Shown here one piece after another: positions 17,660-28,492 of a stretch of 64,000 nucleotides of DNA. Both the position numbers and the translations under genes were made by a program. Position 1 is the stretch's first letter. Every line of letters begins with the position of its first letter. A model generated the notes under the pieces. The model was not told the DNA's origin, ran no database searches, and worked only from the letters and a program-made list of their open reading frames with translations. This stretch comes from an uncultured bacterium (lineage in GTDB: Bacteria; Oederibacteriota; Oederibacteriia; Oederibacteriales; Oederibacteriaceae), in the NCBI GenBank assembly GCA_965112635.1, contig OZ218778.1, positions 1,760,001 to 1,824,000 on the forward strand, in the 5' to 3' direction.

Positions 17660-20453
17660 TCCGGCCAAAAAGCAAACCAGCCAGCAAAACCAACAGCCCC
17701 GCCCCTGAAATGACCAGTCCCTTGTAAAGGGAGGACGGAACATAGTCCAGGCTTATTTCGTGGGAGCCCGGAGGCACGAGCAAACCCCTCAAAAGATAGT
17801 CGACCTGGATAAAGTTGGCTTTATTGGCGTCCACATAGGCTGACCAGCCCGGGTAGAACATTTCGCTGGCCACCAGGATAGCCGGCTGGGTGGAAGAGAA
17901 ATTCAGGATGATGCGGTCAGGGTCGTAATCCAAAACTTTTAAGGTGGCGGCCGGGTCAGGCTTGAACCGGAAGATTAGGCTGGTTTGTTCCACCAGGGCG
18001 ATGTCCAGGGGGTCAAAGGGTTGGGAGTCCGGCAACACGCCTTCGGTGACCGCCTGAAAGGACTGTTCCTCCGTGCATAGCTGGGTTTGCCGCACCAGCC
18101 AAAAACGGGGCAAAACCCTTAGGTTCTGGTAGATATCCGCATCCTGGCATTTACCCCGAAAAGCCCATTGGGACTCATCCGTGAACTTCAGGGAAAGGGG
18201 CGTGCTTATCTTTGTTATGCCGTCCCATAAAGCCGCGGCCTCGACCCTCAAGATGATATTGGGGTCCAGCAGGGTAATGACCACCCTGGTGATCTTCTGT
18301 TGGCTAGCCCAGGCAAAGCTGGAGAAATAGTGGCAACCGCCGGAGGGGCTGGGGTTAAAACCAACGGCCATGGGCGCCTGGCGATGCTGGATAGACCTGT
18401 TTTGGGGCTGGTCATAGGCCCATTCGGCGGTGTCCTGGCCGGCCAGCAGGATTTTTTGGATTTTATGGCCGGTTTCCGTCATCAGGACGACACGGGCCAC
18501 AGGTTTTTTGTCCGGGACATTGAAAGAAAGGAGCATGGTGGAAATCAGGCCCAGGCGGCTGGCACTGACAGGGGCAAAGGACAGGGAAAGCTCCGGCCTT
18601 TTGCTGAACAGCATGACCGGCTGGCGGTCGTCATGGAACACCATGCCCTGGCAGGCATAGGGATGGTCCTCCGGCCTGATGACCAAATATTTGCAATTTA
18701 ACAGGTCGAGGATTTTGGGGCTGTCCAAAAGGTCAAAGGTGTGGGGAGCGGCCAGCAGGCTGATCGCGTCCGGATTTTCCAGATAACCCAGGTCGTCGGG
18801 GATGCCTGAAGGAATGTAAGTCTCCAGGCGGTTAAAGCGATTGAGCACGGTGGGGTTAAACCCGGTCAGGCTTTCCATCTGGCAGAGCATGCCAAAATTA
18901 TCGCTGACCGCCTGGGGCCAGTTGGGGTTAAAGATGCGGTATCGGCCCAGACTATAAGTGTTGCCATCGATGTTCTCGAGAGTTTGCCTCAACTGGCTGG
19001 CCAGCGGAAGATGGTTCTGGCAGAGTGAGCGCCATCCGTAAAACTCGCCAAAGATAGCCAGGTCAAGAATGGTCAGGAGCAATAGCGCGATTTTGAGCCA
19101 AAGACTTTGTTTGGCTGTGAAAAGATAAAGCGTCAGGGCTCCAGCAGCCAGGAAACACAGGGGCAGCCAAAAGGCCGGGCTTGATGCTTTAAATCCAGGG
19201 ATCCATCCACTCCAAACCGCCAGACATCCGGAAAGGACAAGAGGAACGATGAGGACAGCGCCTAAGACCCAGTTTTTTTTATTCCACCCTGTCAGGCTCA
19301 GGCCGGACAAAACCGCTGTACCAAAACTTAGGATGAAAAGCCAGCGGGCCGGGGCGCGGAACCAGTTCAGAACCGGGACAAGGTAGATAAGCCGGGTGAA
19401 AGGGTTGTAGCGGCCAAGGCCGAGGAAGACGGAGATGACAGCCATCACGAACCAGAACAGGGCGTAGCGATTTTTTTTGGCCAGACCCAGGCCGGCCAAA
19501 GCAAGCCACAGGGGAATCATGCCGGTGTAAAAGGCGGTTTCCAGAAAATTGGTGTCGCCGGCCGGGAACAGGCCGGGAAAGAGTTCGTTGCCGGCCAGGG
19601 GCCCAAAAGCAAATGGAAAAACCAGGCAAAGAAGCTGGCGGGGCGGCAAAGAAAACGCCGTGAAATAGCTGTATTCGATGTGCTGCCTCAATTGCTGGGA
19701 CCGGATCATTTCCATGATGGGCAGGATATTGAACACGCACAGGAGAAAGCCGAGGAAAAAGAAGATGGCGGACCTGGTCAATAAGACAGTTAGGGGTCTG
19801 CCAGCTGGGGTGCCAGCAGCGAGGAAGATAATATAAGTGATACAGAGCAGCATGGTATAGAGGTAGAGCTGGTGGGCGCCGGCCAGGAAAAACACGCAGA
19901 GCACCAGGGAGCCAAGGCCGACCGTATTCCAGGAAGAGCTGGCCCGGATGCATTCTATAAGATAGAAGACCAGCGGAACCCAGGCCAGGGCCTCGACATA
20001 CATGACAAAGGAAAGACGGCCAAGGATAAACCCGCTGAGAGCGTAGGTGGTCCCGGCGAATACCGCCCCGAACGCCGAAGCTTTGATCTTGCGGCAGTAC
20101 AGAAATGTGAAAAAACCGGCCAGGCTGAGATGCAGGATGAGGGTGAGGTCCATGGCGATGGTATTGGGAAATAACAGAAAAAGAAGGCCGGAGGGATAAA
20201 AAAAGGCGGCCTGCGAATCGCCCAGGGTGGGATGGCCGCCAAAGATGAACGGGTTCCAATAGCAAACGGCGTGGTAGAGGGATGTTTCCACGGCGGCCAG
20301 GTTCTTGTAGGCGAAGTAATACTTTTGGGCATCGTGGGGGAACAGGGTCAAACCCTGGAACAGAGCCGGGGCGAAAAACGCGGTCACCAATAAAAGAAAA
20401 TAGGCCGCGACCAGCAGGTGGAGTTTGATGCCGTTTTTCAAAGCCATGCCCAA
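17646..20453 (-). CDS. YfhO-family polytopic membrane protein (GT-C-type glycosyltransferase-like)
   Basis: WNPFIFGGHP....Q...FYP, FRAPARW, C-terminal SE.FYPGW.A.VD...YLLRGL.VPPG.HEI.L.Y.P. Confidence 0.82.
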   Translation of the reverse strand: MGMALKNGIKLHLLVAAYFLLLVTAFFAPALFQGLTLFPHDAQKYYFAYKNLAAVETSLYHAVCYWNPFIFGGHPTLGDSQAAFFYPSGLLFLLFPNTIAMDLTLILHLSLAGFFTFLYCRKIKASAFGAVFAGTTYALSGFILGRLSFVMYVEALAWVPLVFYLIECIRASSSWNTVGLGSLVLCVFFLAGAHQLYLYTMLLCITYIIFLAAGTPAGRPLTVLLTRSAIFFFLGFLLCVFNILPIMEMIRSQQLRQHIEYSYFTAFSLPPRQLLCLVFPFAFGPLAGNELFPGLFPAGDTNFLETAFYTGMIPLWLALAGLGLAKKNRYALFWFVMAVISVFLGLGRYNPFTRLIYLVPVLNWFRAPARWLFILSFGTAVLSGLSLTGWNKKNWVLGAVLIVPLVLSGCLAVWSGWIPGFKASSPAFWLPLCFLAAGALTLYLFTAKQSLWLKIALLLLTILDLAIFGEFYGWRSLCQNHLPLASQLRQTLENIDGNTYSLGRYRIFNPNWPQAVSDNFGMLCQMESLTGFNPTVLNRFNRLETYIPSGIPDDLGYLENPDAISLLAAPHTFDLLDSPKILDLLNCKYLVIRPEDHPYACQGMVFHDDRQPVMLFSKRPELSLSFAPVSASRLGLISTMLLSFNVPDKKPVARVVLMTETGHKIQKILLAGQDTAEWAYDQPQNRSIQHRQAPMAVGFNPSPSGGCHYFSSFAWASQQKITRVVITLLDPNIILRVEAAALWDGITKISTPLSLKFTDESQWAFRGKCQDADIYQNLRVLPRFWLVRQTQLCTEEQSFQAVTEGVLPDSQPFDPLDIALVEQTSLIFRFKPDPAATLKVLDYDPDRIILNFSSTQPAILVASEMFYPGWSAYVDANKANFIQVDYLLRGLLVPPGSHEISLDYVPSSLYKGLVISGAGLLVLLAGLLFGRTKRN

Positions 20454-20563
20454 GGCCTCCCTGACAGAATTACCACCATACTAACATACAAAGTCAGGGC
20501 TAGCATTTCCGGAGGGGATGTGTTTAATTTTATTGAGGAATTATTCCGTGAAAGGACAGGTCC

Positions 20564-21238
20564 TTGAACAAGCGTTACAAAGGCGTCACTCATCTGGCTT
20601 TTGATCTTGACGGGGTGATCTATACTTCGGAAGGGTTCATCGCCCAGGCTTACGAAGAGGCGATACGCAGGGGCAAGTTGGGCCTAAAAAAGCCGACCAC
20701 CCGCCAGGTCATGGCCCAGATCGGCAAACCCATTGATATCATTTTCAAGGAGCTCTTTCCCAAGATTACGGCCGGCCAGATGAAGGTCCTGCACCGGCTC
20801 ACCCTGGAGGCCATCCGGGAAATGATCGTGGCCGACCGGGGCGAGATCTTTAAAGGCATTCCTGAGATGCTGGCCAGACTGTCCAAAAGATTCGAGCTGG
20901 CGGTCTGCTCCAACGGCCGCCGGCTGTATGTCGAGACGGTACTGTCCCAATACGGCTTGAAAAAACACTTCACCAAGATCCAGACCCTGGAGGATGTCCA
21001 GGCCAGGACCAAAGGCGAGCTGTTGGCCTACTATATCAGGGCGCACAAGACCGGAGCAAGGCAATGGCTGATGGTGGGGGACAGGCGGTCAGACTGGGAA
21101 GCCGCGGAGTTCGTAGGGTGCGGGTTTATCGGCTGTTTATGGGGGCACGCGGACAGGGAAGAGCTGGCCAGCCTGGCCCGTCCGGGTGAAGCGCAAGTTT
21201 TACTTGAAGAACCGGAACAACTCGTTAAAATCTTGTGA
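20564..21238 (+). CDS. HAD-superfamily hydrolase (phosphoglycolate phosphatase-like)
   Basis: FDLDGVI motif I, CSNG, MVGDRRSD motif IV. Confidence 0.88.
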   Translation: MNKRYKGVTHLAFDLDGVIYTSEGFIAQAYEEAIRRGKLGLKKPTTRQVMAQIGKPIDIIFKELFPKITAGQMKVLHRLTLEAIREMIVADRGEIFKGIPEMLARLSKRFELAVCSNGRRLYVETVLSQYGLKKHFTKIQTLEDVQARTKGELLAYYIRAHKTGARQWLMVGDRRSDWEAAEFVGCGFIGCLWGHADREELASLARPGEAQVLLEEPEQLVKIL

Positions 21239-22315
21239 ATGGAGAGAAATAAGCCGATGAGAAAAACCCTGGGGGTCGTCATCGCGGTCGCGGCTGTGTT
21301 CTTGGCCGCCCACCATAGTATCTGTTGGGCTGAAGGGGAGGGGCTGTCGTCATCCCAGAAGAACGCCCTCAAGCAGATCCAGACCCTTTTGTTGACCTTG
21401 CAGCCCACGACCACTCCCACACCGGTCATTACTCCCAGCGTGATGCTCACGCTCACCGCGGTCTCCTGGAAATACTCCCAGCCACAGGGCGGAGCGGACC
21501 TGCTAGGAGATCAAAAGCAAAGCAGCCAGACTTTACCGGACCAGAAGCAGGAAAGCCAAATTGTCCCTGAACAGAAGCCGGAAGCTTTTACCCTGCCGTC
21601 AGCCAAGGACGAGAATTTGCCCGCACCCATCGCGGTCGCTGAGAGCAAAACCGCCAATTTGCCGGACGCTCCCATCCCCATCAAGGAGCATTTTGCCAAC
21701 CTGGACAACTGGGTGGTCCAAACCCCCAATAATGACATGGTCCGCAGGACCCGTTACGGCATCGTCGAGGACGGCGAGGGGACCTGCCTCAGGGCCGAGA
21801 GCGACGCGTCGGGCACGACCCTGGCCTACCGGGGAACTTTTAACGTCAACCGCTTTCCCGTCCTGAAGTGGCGATGGAAAGTGGGCGATATCGTCAAGGG
21901 CGCCGACGTTAAAGATTCGGAGAAAGATGACGCGCCTTGGCGGATCATGCTGGCTTTCCAGTACACGCCCGGGAAAGGCACGTTCATGGATTCCATGGTC
22001 TACGAGCTGGGCAAGCTGATCAGCGGCGCTTACGCCCCGGACAGCGAGATGTATTATGTCTGGGCCAGCCAGGATTATAAGGAGACCGTGGTCAAGAGCA
22101 AGCGGGAAGAAAAGACCATGCTCTACCTCCTGGAAAAAGGGCCGGCCAAGGTCGGGCAATGGGTGGATGAAAAGGTCAATATTGTAGAGGATTTCCAGAA
22201 AGCTTTTGGCAGCGCACCCCCGGCCATTGTCAGCCTTAGCCTCATCAACGACACAGGCAAGACCGAAGGCCATGTGGTTTCTTACCTAAAATACATCGAA
22301 TCCAGCGAACCGTAA
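21239..22315 (+). CDS. Secreted DUF3047-domain protein with Pro/Thr-rich N-terminal region
   Basis: Signal peptide; L.AES.AS...L, FPVLKWRWKV, KDDA..RI, YYVWAS, GQWV.E.VNI.EDF.KAFG..PP. Confidence 0.75.
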   Translation: MERNKPMRKTLGVVIAVAAVFLAAHHSICWAEGEGLSSSQKNALKQIQTLLLTLQPTTTPTPVITPSVMLTLTAVSWKYSQPQGGADLLGDQKQSSQTLPDQKQESQIVPEQKPEAFTLPSAKDENLPAPIAVAESKTANLPDAPIPIKEHFANLDNWVVQTPNNDMVRRTRYGIVEDGEGTCLRAESDASGTTLAYRGTFNVNRFPVLKWRWKVGDIVKGADVKDSEKDDAPWRIMLAFQYTPGKGTFMDSMVYELGKLISGAYAPDSEMYYVWASQDYKETVVKSKREEKTMLYLLEKGPAKVGQWVDEKVNIVEDFQKAFGSAPPAIVSLSLINDTGKTEGHVVSYLKYIESSEP

Positions 22316-22485
22316 TCGGATCAACCCTGTTCCCGAGGATCTTTTGACCGAATTTCCAGGTCCAAGGTTACCGCTAGCCTGAGTGTAGCGAAAGAGGCCT
22401 TTTTATCATATAATTTCTTAAAGAAACCTTTCGTTGCGTCGTCCTTGGAAATGGAAAAGGGGAAATTTTAAATCTGGTCTGAGGG

Positions 22486-23781
22486 GTGCGAGTCATTAAA
22501 AATAAGCGGGTCGGTTTTCTCCTCCTATTCTACTGCGTCCTCATGACGGGGATAGTCGCGCAGGCGGACATCTATACATCTTTCACGGATCCATTCACCG
22601 GCATTCCTTATCCAAACCATTTCATTACCAGCGACGCGGCCTATCGTTATTTGGCTTTTGAAGAAGACGAAAGCGGGATATTCCCCGTACCCTCAGGTAA
22701 TCCCGCGTGTTTCTGGAATCCGGCTTCCCTCATCCACATACATCAGAGATATTTAAGCGTAGGTTTCGACAATTCCACGGAATACATCGGCGACTCGGTC
22801 CAAAAAACGACTTTTGGCAATCTAAACCCTTATGTTTCTGAAGCCTATTACATTGAGCCGCCCACCCCTTATACCATTGGAGTTGCAGCGCTGGGATGGA
22901 AGCAAGACCAAAGAAATTTCGATTTCAGCCAGGGGAATGTGGACAATTTCTACCACCGGACACACTGGTCGGGAGGCGCCGTATGGGCCTTCACCCTGCC
23001 CTATGACAATATCAGCCTGGGTTTCATGCTGGGATATGACAGGTACTTCGATGTGAAGAAAGATGATTGGGTCGGCGAGAATTACTGGGAGGAAATAAAG
23101 GGGTTTTACGGAAAGATCGGTTGTATCATCCCTGTATTTCCGGACCTTCTTGATTTCGAGAGTGTTTACAAATATGGCGGGTATATGAATACCACCCGTT
23201 CAGGCCCTTTATTCTGCGAGAAAGAACCTACTTATGACAGCGGGGGGGACGACCTTTTCGATTATTTACTCCTGGATCCCGGCGACCAGGACTGTTCCGT
23301 CAAGATGCCCGACAGCATCGGCACTCTCGTCAGGATCAAACCCGTAAACTTCATGGCGCTTTACGGCGGGATGACGAAAATATTCTGGTCCACCTACCGC
23401 TTCCAACAAATTGCGGAAGATTCCGGGGACCTCATTGTTCCTTTCCCCAACATAATACTTGCGGAAAACCTGGAGCTGGTACCCACCGGTTACTATCAGG
23501 ACATTGTGCAATGGTATGGGGGGGTCGATTTGAGGCTCCTGGATGGTATTTTTCTAAGAGCGGCTGTCCATACCGATCCTGATCCGGACCAGAGCAGCGT
23601 CTATCAGACGAACTCCATCTATGGTTTAGGGTCCCTGATCATCGACCTCGGCGGTTTTGCTATCAATGGGTCTTATATTTACGGACAGGGAACCTCCTCA
23701 GACAACTCGGTCAATGATACGGTACAAGATGTAAGGGTTGGGGTTACTTTTATGCTGGGCGGCGAGGAAAACGCGCTGTAG
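22486..23781 (+). CDS. Outer-membrane beta-barrel, FadL/PorV-like
   Basis: Signal peptide; N-terminal hatch-like GNPACFWNPASL; alternating aromatic beta-strands ending VRVGVTFML. Confidence 0.6.
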   Translation: MRVIKNKRVGFLLLFYCVLMTGIVAQADIYTSFTDPFTGIPYPNHFITSDAAYRYLAFEEDESGIFPVPSGNPACFWNPASLIHIHQRYLSVGFDNSTEYIGDSVQKTTFGNLNPYVSEAYYIEPPTPYTIGVAALGWKQDQRNFDFSQGNVDNFYHRTHWSGGAVWAFTLPYDNISLGFMLGYDRYFDVKKDDWVGENYWEEIKGFYGKIGCIIPVFPDLLDFESVYKYGGYMNTTRSGPLFCEKEPTYDSGGDDLFDYLLLDPGDQDCSVKMPDSIGTLVRIKPVNFMALYGGMTKIFWSTYRFQQIAEDSGDLIVPFPNIILAENLELVPTGYYQDIVQWYGGVDLRLLDGIFLRAAVHTDPDPDQSSVYQTNSIYGLGSLIIDLGGFAINGSYIYGQGTSSDNSVNDTVQDVRVGVTFMLGGEENAL

Positions 23782-23887
23782 TTCAGATTTTCCCTTCTGG
23801 CCGGTCTTCCAACCGGCAGGGATGGGTTGAATCCTTATCCCAGCTGCATTACACTGTGAATGATGTCGTAAACTAAGGAGCATTAAG

Positions 23888-24754
23888 ATGAAAGTCAGGA
23901 AAGCGATCATGCCGGCAGCCGGGATGGGGACCAGGTTTTTGCCCGCCACCAAGGCCCAGCCTAAAGAAATGTTGCCGGTCTATGACAAGCCGGCCATCCA
24001 GTACACCATTGAGGAGGCCGTCAAGTCGGGGATCGAAGAGATCCTTATCGTCACGGGCCGGGGCAAGCAGGCCATCGAGAACCACTTTGACCGTTCCTTT
24101 GAACTGGAATATTTCCTGAAGGAGCGCAATCAGATCAGCCTCCTCAAAGAAGTCGAGCGCATCGGCCAGCTCATCAATATTTTTTACGTACGTCAAAAGG
24201 AGCCCCTGGGACTCGGCCACGCCATCCTGTGCGGTAAAAGTTTCATTGATGAGAACGAACCCTTTGCCGTTTTCCTGGCCGACGACTTGATCGCCGGAAA
24301 AAAACCGGCCATGGCCCAGCTCACTCAAGTCTATGAACAATACGGAGAACCGGTGGTGGCCGTGGAACGGATGCCCAGGGAAAAGATCAGTCAATATGGA
24401 GTGATCGAATCGAAGTTGATCTCGTCCCGGGTTCGGGAGGTAAAGGACTTAGTCGAAAAGCCGTCCCCAGAAAAGGCGCCATCCAATTTAGCTATAGTAG
24501 GGCGTTATATCCTGACACCTGATATTTTCAAGATATTGGAAGAGACCCATGAGGGAAGGGGTGGCGAGATACAGCTCACGGACGCCTTACGACAGCTCAA
24601 CAAACGAAGGAAGATTTACGCCTGTGAATTCGAAGGCCGACGATATGACTTGGGTAACAAGCTCGAGTACACCAAGGCTTGCATAGATTTCGCTCTGGAA
24701 GATCAGGATATCAGAGGCCACTTAAAGAGTTACTTGAAGGAAATTTCTAAATGA
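23888..24754 (+). CDS. galU: UTP--glucose-1-phosphate uridylyltransferase
   Basis: KAIMPAAGMGTRFLPATKAQPKEMLP, VRQKEPLGLGHA, GEIQLTDAL. Confidence 0.95.
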   Translation: MKVRKAIMPAAGMGTRFLPATKAQPKEMLPVYDKPAIQYTIEEAVKSGIEEILIVTGRGKQAIENHFDRSFELEYFLKERNQISLLKEVERIGQLINIFYVRQKEPLGLGHAILCGKSFIDENEPFAVFLADDLIAGKKPAMAQLTQVYEQYGEPVVAVERMPREKISQYGVIESKLISSRVREVKDLVEKPSPEKAPSNLAIVGRYILTPDIFKILEETHEGRGGEIQLTDALRQLNKRRKIYACEFEGRRYDLGNKLEYTKACIDFALEDQDIRGHLKSYLKEISK

Positions 24755-24793
24755 CCCTTCGCATGATTTTTCTCTAGGCCGCCTTAAATCCTG

Positions 24794-25528
24794 ATGAGCC
24801 GCCTTCCCGATCTTCATCGCACCCTTCTTTTTGATATTCCCGTGGACACCTTGAGCAGCGCCGAGGTATTGGCCCGTCTGCGACGCATGGTCCGCGCCCG
24901 GAAAAAGGCCTGGGTCTTGTCGGTCAATCCCCTGACGGTGATGCTGAGCCAAAACGATCCCCGGCTCAAGGAAATATTCGCGTCAGCCGAGCTGTCCGTG
25001 CCGGACGGGGTCGGAACGGTATGGGCGCTGAAGCAGTTAAAAGGCATCAAAACAGAGAGGGTGGCGGGCATAGACCTGGCCGCGTGCCTGTTCAGGGAAA
25101 AGATCAGGGTCTATCTTTTGGGCGGTCAACCCGGAGTGGCCAAAAAGGCCGGGGTGAAGATCGCGCGAAAGTTCCCCCGAGTGAGGGTCGCAGGTTGGCG
25201 GGACGGCTATTTTAAACCCATGGAAAACGCCAAGGTCATAAAGGAAATCAATCAAAGCAAGCCGGATTTGCTGATCGTCGGTATGGGACAACCCAAACAG
25301 GAGCTCTGGGTCGCCTCAAGCTTCAGGCGTCTGCCCCGATGCGTGATCCTGCCCGTGGGAGGAGCGTTGGACGTGTTCTCCGGCAGGGTCGGTCGCGCGC
25401 CGCTTTTTTGGCAGAGGACAGGTTGCGAGTGGCTGTACCGGTTCATCAGAGAACCGCAAAGAATACCAAGGTCCCTCCAGCTCGCGTCATTTGTTTTTAA
25501 GGTACTGCGCACAAAACTATTTAAGTAA
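24794..25528 (+). CDS. WecG/TagA/CpsF family glycosyltransferase
   Basis: PDGVG, ERVAGIDL, YLLGG.PG, VGMGQPKQE, VGGALDV.SG...RAP, EWLYRF..EP.R. Confidence 0.9.
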   Translation: MSRLPDLHRTLLFDIPVDTLSSAEVLARLRRMVRARKKAWVLSVNPLTVMLSQNDPRLKEIFASAELSVPDGVGTVWALKQLKGIKTERVAGIDLAACLFREKIRVYLLGGQPGVAKKAGVKIARKFPRVRVAGWRDGYFKPMENAKVIKEINQSKPDLLIVGMGQPKQELWVASSFRRLPRCVILPVGGALDVFSGRVGRAPLFWQRTGCEWLYRFIREPQRIPRSLQLASFVFKVLRTKLFK

Positions 25529-25631
25529 TTCCAGGTTTTTGTTAGCATAGAAGCTTGAAATAAAAATTTACTTTGATATAAACCTAGTTAAGTCATTATG
25601 TTTAAAATGTACCGAAAAAAAGGGAGGAAAA

Positions 25632-26783
25632 ATGGATAGGAACAGAGATTTTGTGTTCACTTCGGAGTCAGTCACCGAAGGCCATCCGGACAAGGTCGCC
25701 GACCAGATCTCGGACGCGGTCCTGGATGAGATACTCAAGAACGACCCCAGGGGGCGCGTGGCCTGTGAGACCCTCGTCACCACGGGCGTCGCCATCGTGG
25801 CCGGCGAGATCACCACCAACGCGGTCATCGATATCCCGAAACTGGCCCGGCAGACCATCAAAGAGATCGGTTACGTAGATGCCAAGACGGGTTTTGACTA
25901 CGCCACCTGCAGCGTCATGACCGCGGTCCAGAGGCAGTCCGGCGACATCGCCATGGGCGTGGATATCGGCGGCGCCGGCGACCAGGGGATGATGTTCGGT
26001 TTCGCCTGCAACCAGACCCCGGAGCTGATGCCTCTGCCTATCATCCTGGCGCAGAAACTGACCCGCAAACTTTCCGAGGTCAGAAAGAAGAGGCGCGTCA
26101 AATACCTGAGGCCGGACGGGAAATCCCAGGTCACGGTCCAGTACGCCAACGGCAAGCCCGTGAGAGTGGATGCGGCGGTCATTGCGGCCCAACACGACCC
26201 GGACGTCACGACCAAGAAACTCAGGGAAGATATGATCGAGATGGTCATCAAGGCAACGATCCCCAAACACCTGCTGGATAAGAACACCAAGTATTTCGTG
26301 AACCCCACCGGACGCTTTGTCATCGGCGGTCCGCACGGCGACACCGGTCTGACCGGTCGGAAGATCATCGTGGACACTTACGGCGGATGGGGACGCCACG
26401 GCGGAGGGGCTTTCTCAGGCAAGGATCCTTCCAAAGTTGACCGTTCGGCCAGCTACGCGGCCCGCTGGGTCGCCAAGAACGTCATAGCCGCCGGTTTGGC
26501 GGACGACGTGGAAGTGCAGCTTTCTTATGCCATCGGAGTGGCTGAACCGACCTCGATCATGGTCAATACTTTTGGCACCGGTTATGTTTCCGACGAAAAG
26601 ATAGTTAAATTGATCCGCCATAATTTTGACCTCACCCCCAAAGGGATGATCGAATCCCTCAAGCTGAGGCGTCCGATCTACAAGCAGACCGCGGCCTACG
26701 GACATTTTGGCCGGCATGAGGCTGGATTTACCTGGGAAAAGACGGACAAAGCAGCGGCCCTGAGGAGTCAGGCGAGCCGTTAG
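25632..26783 (+). CDS. metK: S-adenosylmethionine synthetase
   Basis: [28 protein letters not shown]. Confidence 0.97.
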   Translation: MDRNRDFVFTSESVTEGHPDKVADQISDAVLDEILKNDPRGRVACETLVTTGVAIVAGEITTNAVIDIPKLARQTIKEIGYVDAKTGFDYATCSVMTAVQRQSGDIAMGVDIGGAGDQGMMFGFACNQTPELMPLPIILAQKLTRKLSEVRKKRRVKYLRPDGKSQVTVQYANGKPVRVDAAVIAAQHDPDVTTKKLREDMIEMVIKATIPKHLLDKNTKYFVNPTGRFVIGGPHGDTGLTGRKIIVDTYGGWGRHGGGAFSGKDPSKVDRSASYAARWVAKNVIAAGLADDVEVQLSYAIGVAEPTSIMVNTFGTGYVSDEKIVKLIRHNFDLTPKGMIESLKLRRPIYKQTAAYGHFGRHEAGFTWEKTDKAAALRSQASR

Positions 26784-28058
<1,275 letters not shown>

Positions 28059-28145
28059 AGTTGCCGATCCTGACTGCGTCAGGGGCCTGATTGAAAATGT
28101 GGGTGCCGCCCGACATCGTCGGGGGTCAAAGCTATTTGAGGTGCC

Positions 28146-28172
28146 GGGCCGTAAATAAAACCTTTACGGCCC
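28146..28172. repeat. Hairpin downstream of ahcY (possible terminator or processing site)
   Basis: GGGCCGTAAA-taaaacc-TTTACGGCCC; no clear U tract. Confidence 0.45.
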
Positions 28173-28208
28173 CTGAATGGATATGTTGATGGGTCTCTTA
28201 GTTAAGGT

Positions 28209-28284
28209 GCCGAGTTAGCTCAATCGGTAGAGCGCAGGACTGAAAATCCTGGCGTACCCGGTTCGATTCCGGGACTCGGCACCA
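28209..28284 (+). tRNA. tRNA-Phe (GAA)
   Basis: 76-nt cloverleaf: GCCGAGT/ACTCGGC acceptor stem, CAGGA-CTGAAAA-TCCTG anticodon arm, TTCGATT T-loop, encoded CCA. Confidence 0.96.
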
Positions 28285-28492
28285 TTTTCTAAAGAGTTAT
28301 CAACCATTCCAACCAGCTCCTTGAGGGCGGCACCATTTTTTAAAGATTTACCTACCCTTCCTGTCTGGTCCCCATTGACAATTTCTATTTTTTTAAGGTA
28401 AACCAATTTAGACCGTTGTGAAACCTATGCGGCAGGCCTTATTTTTTCACGTGTTTCTTGCATTTCATAAAATCATAAAGTATACTTCGCTC

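Noticed and set aside
25529-25631. SAM riboswitch upstream of metK
   Set aside because: Short AT-rich spacer with no SAM-I/II consensus visible.
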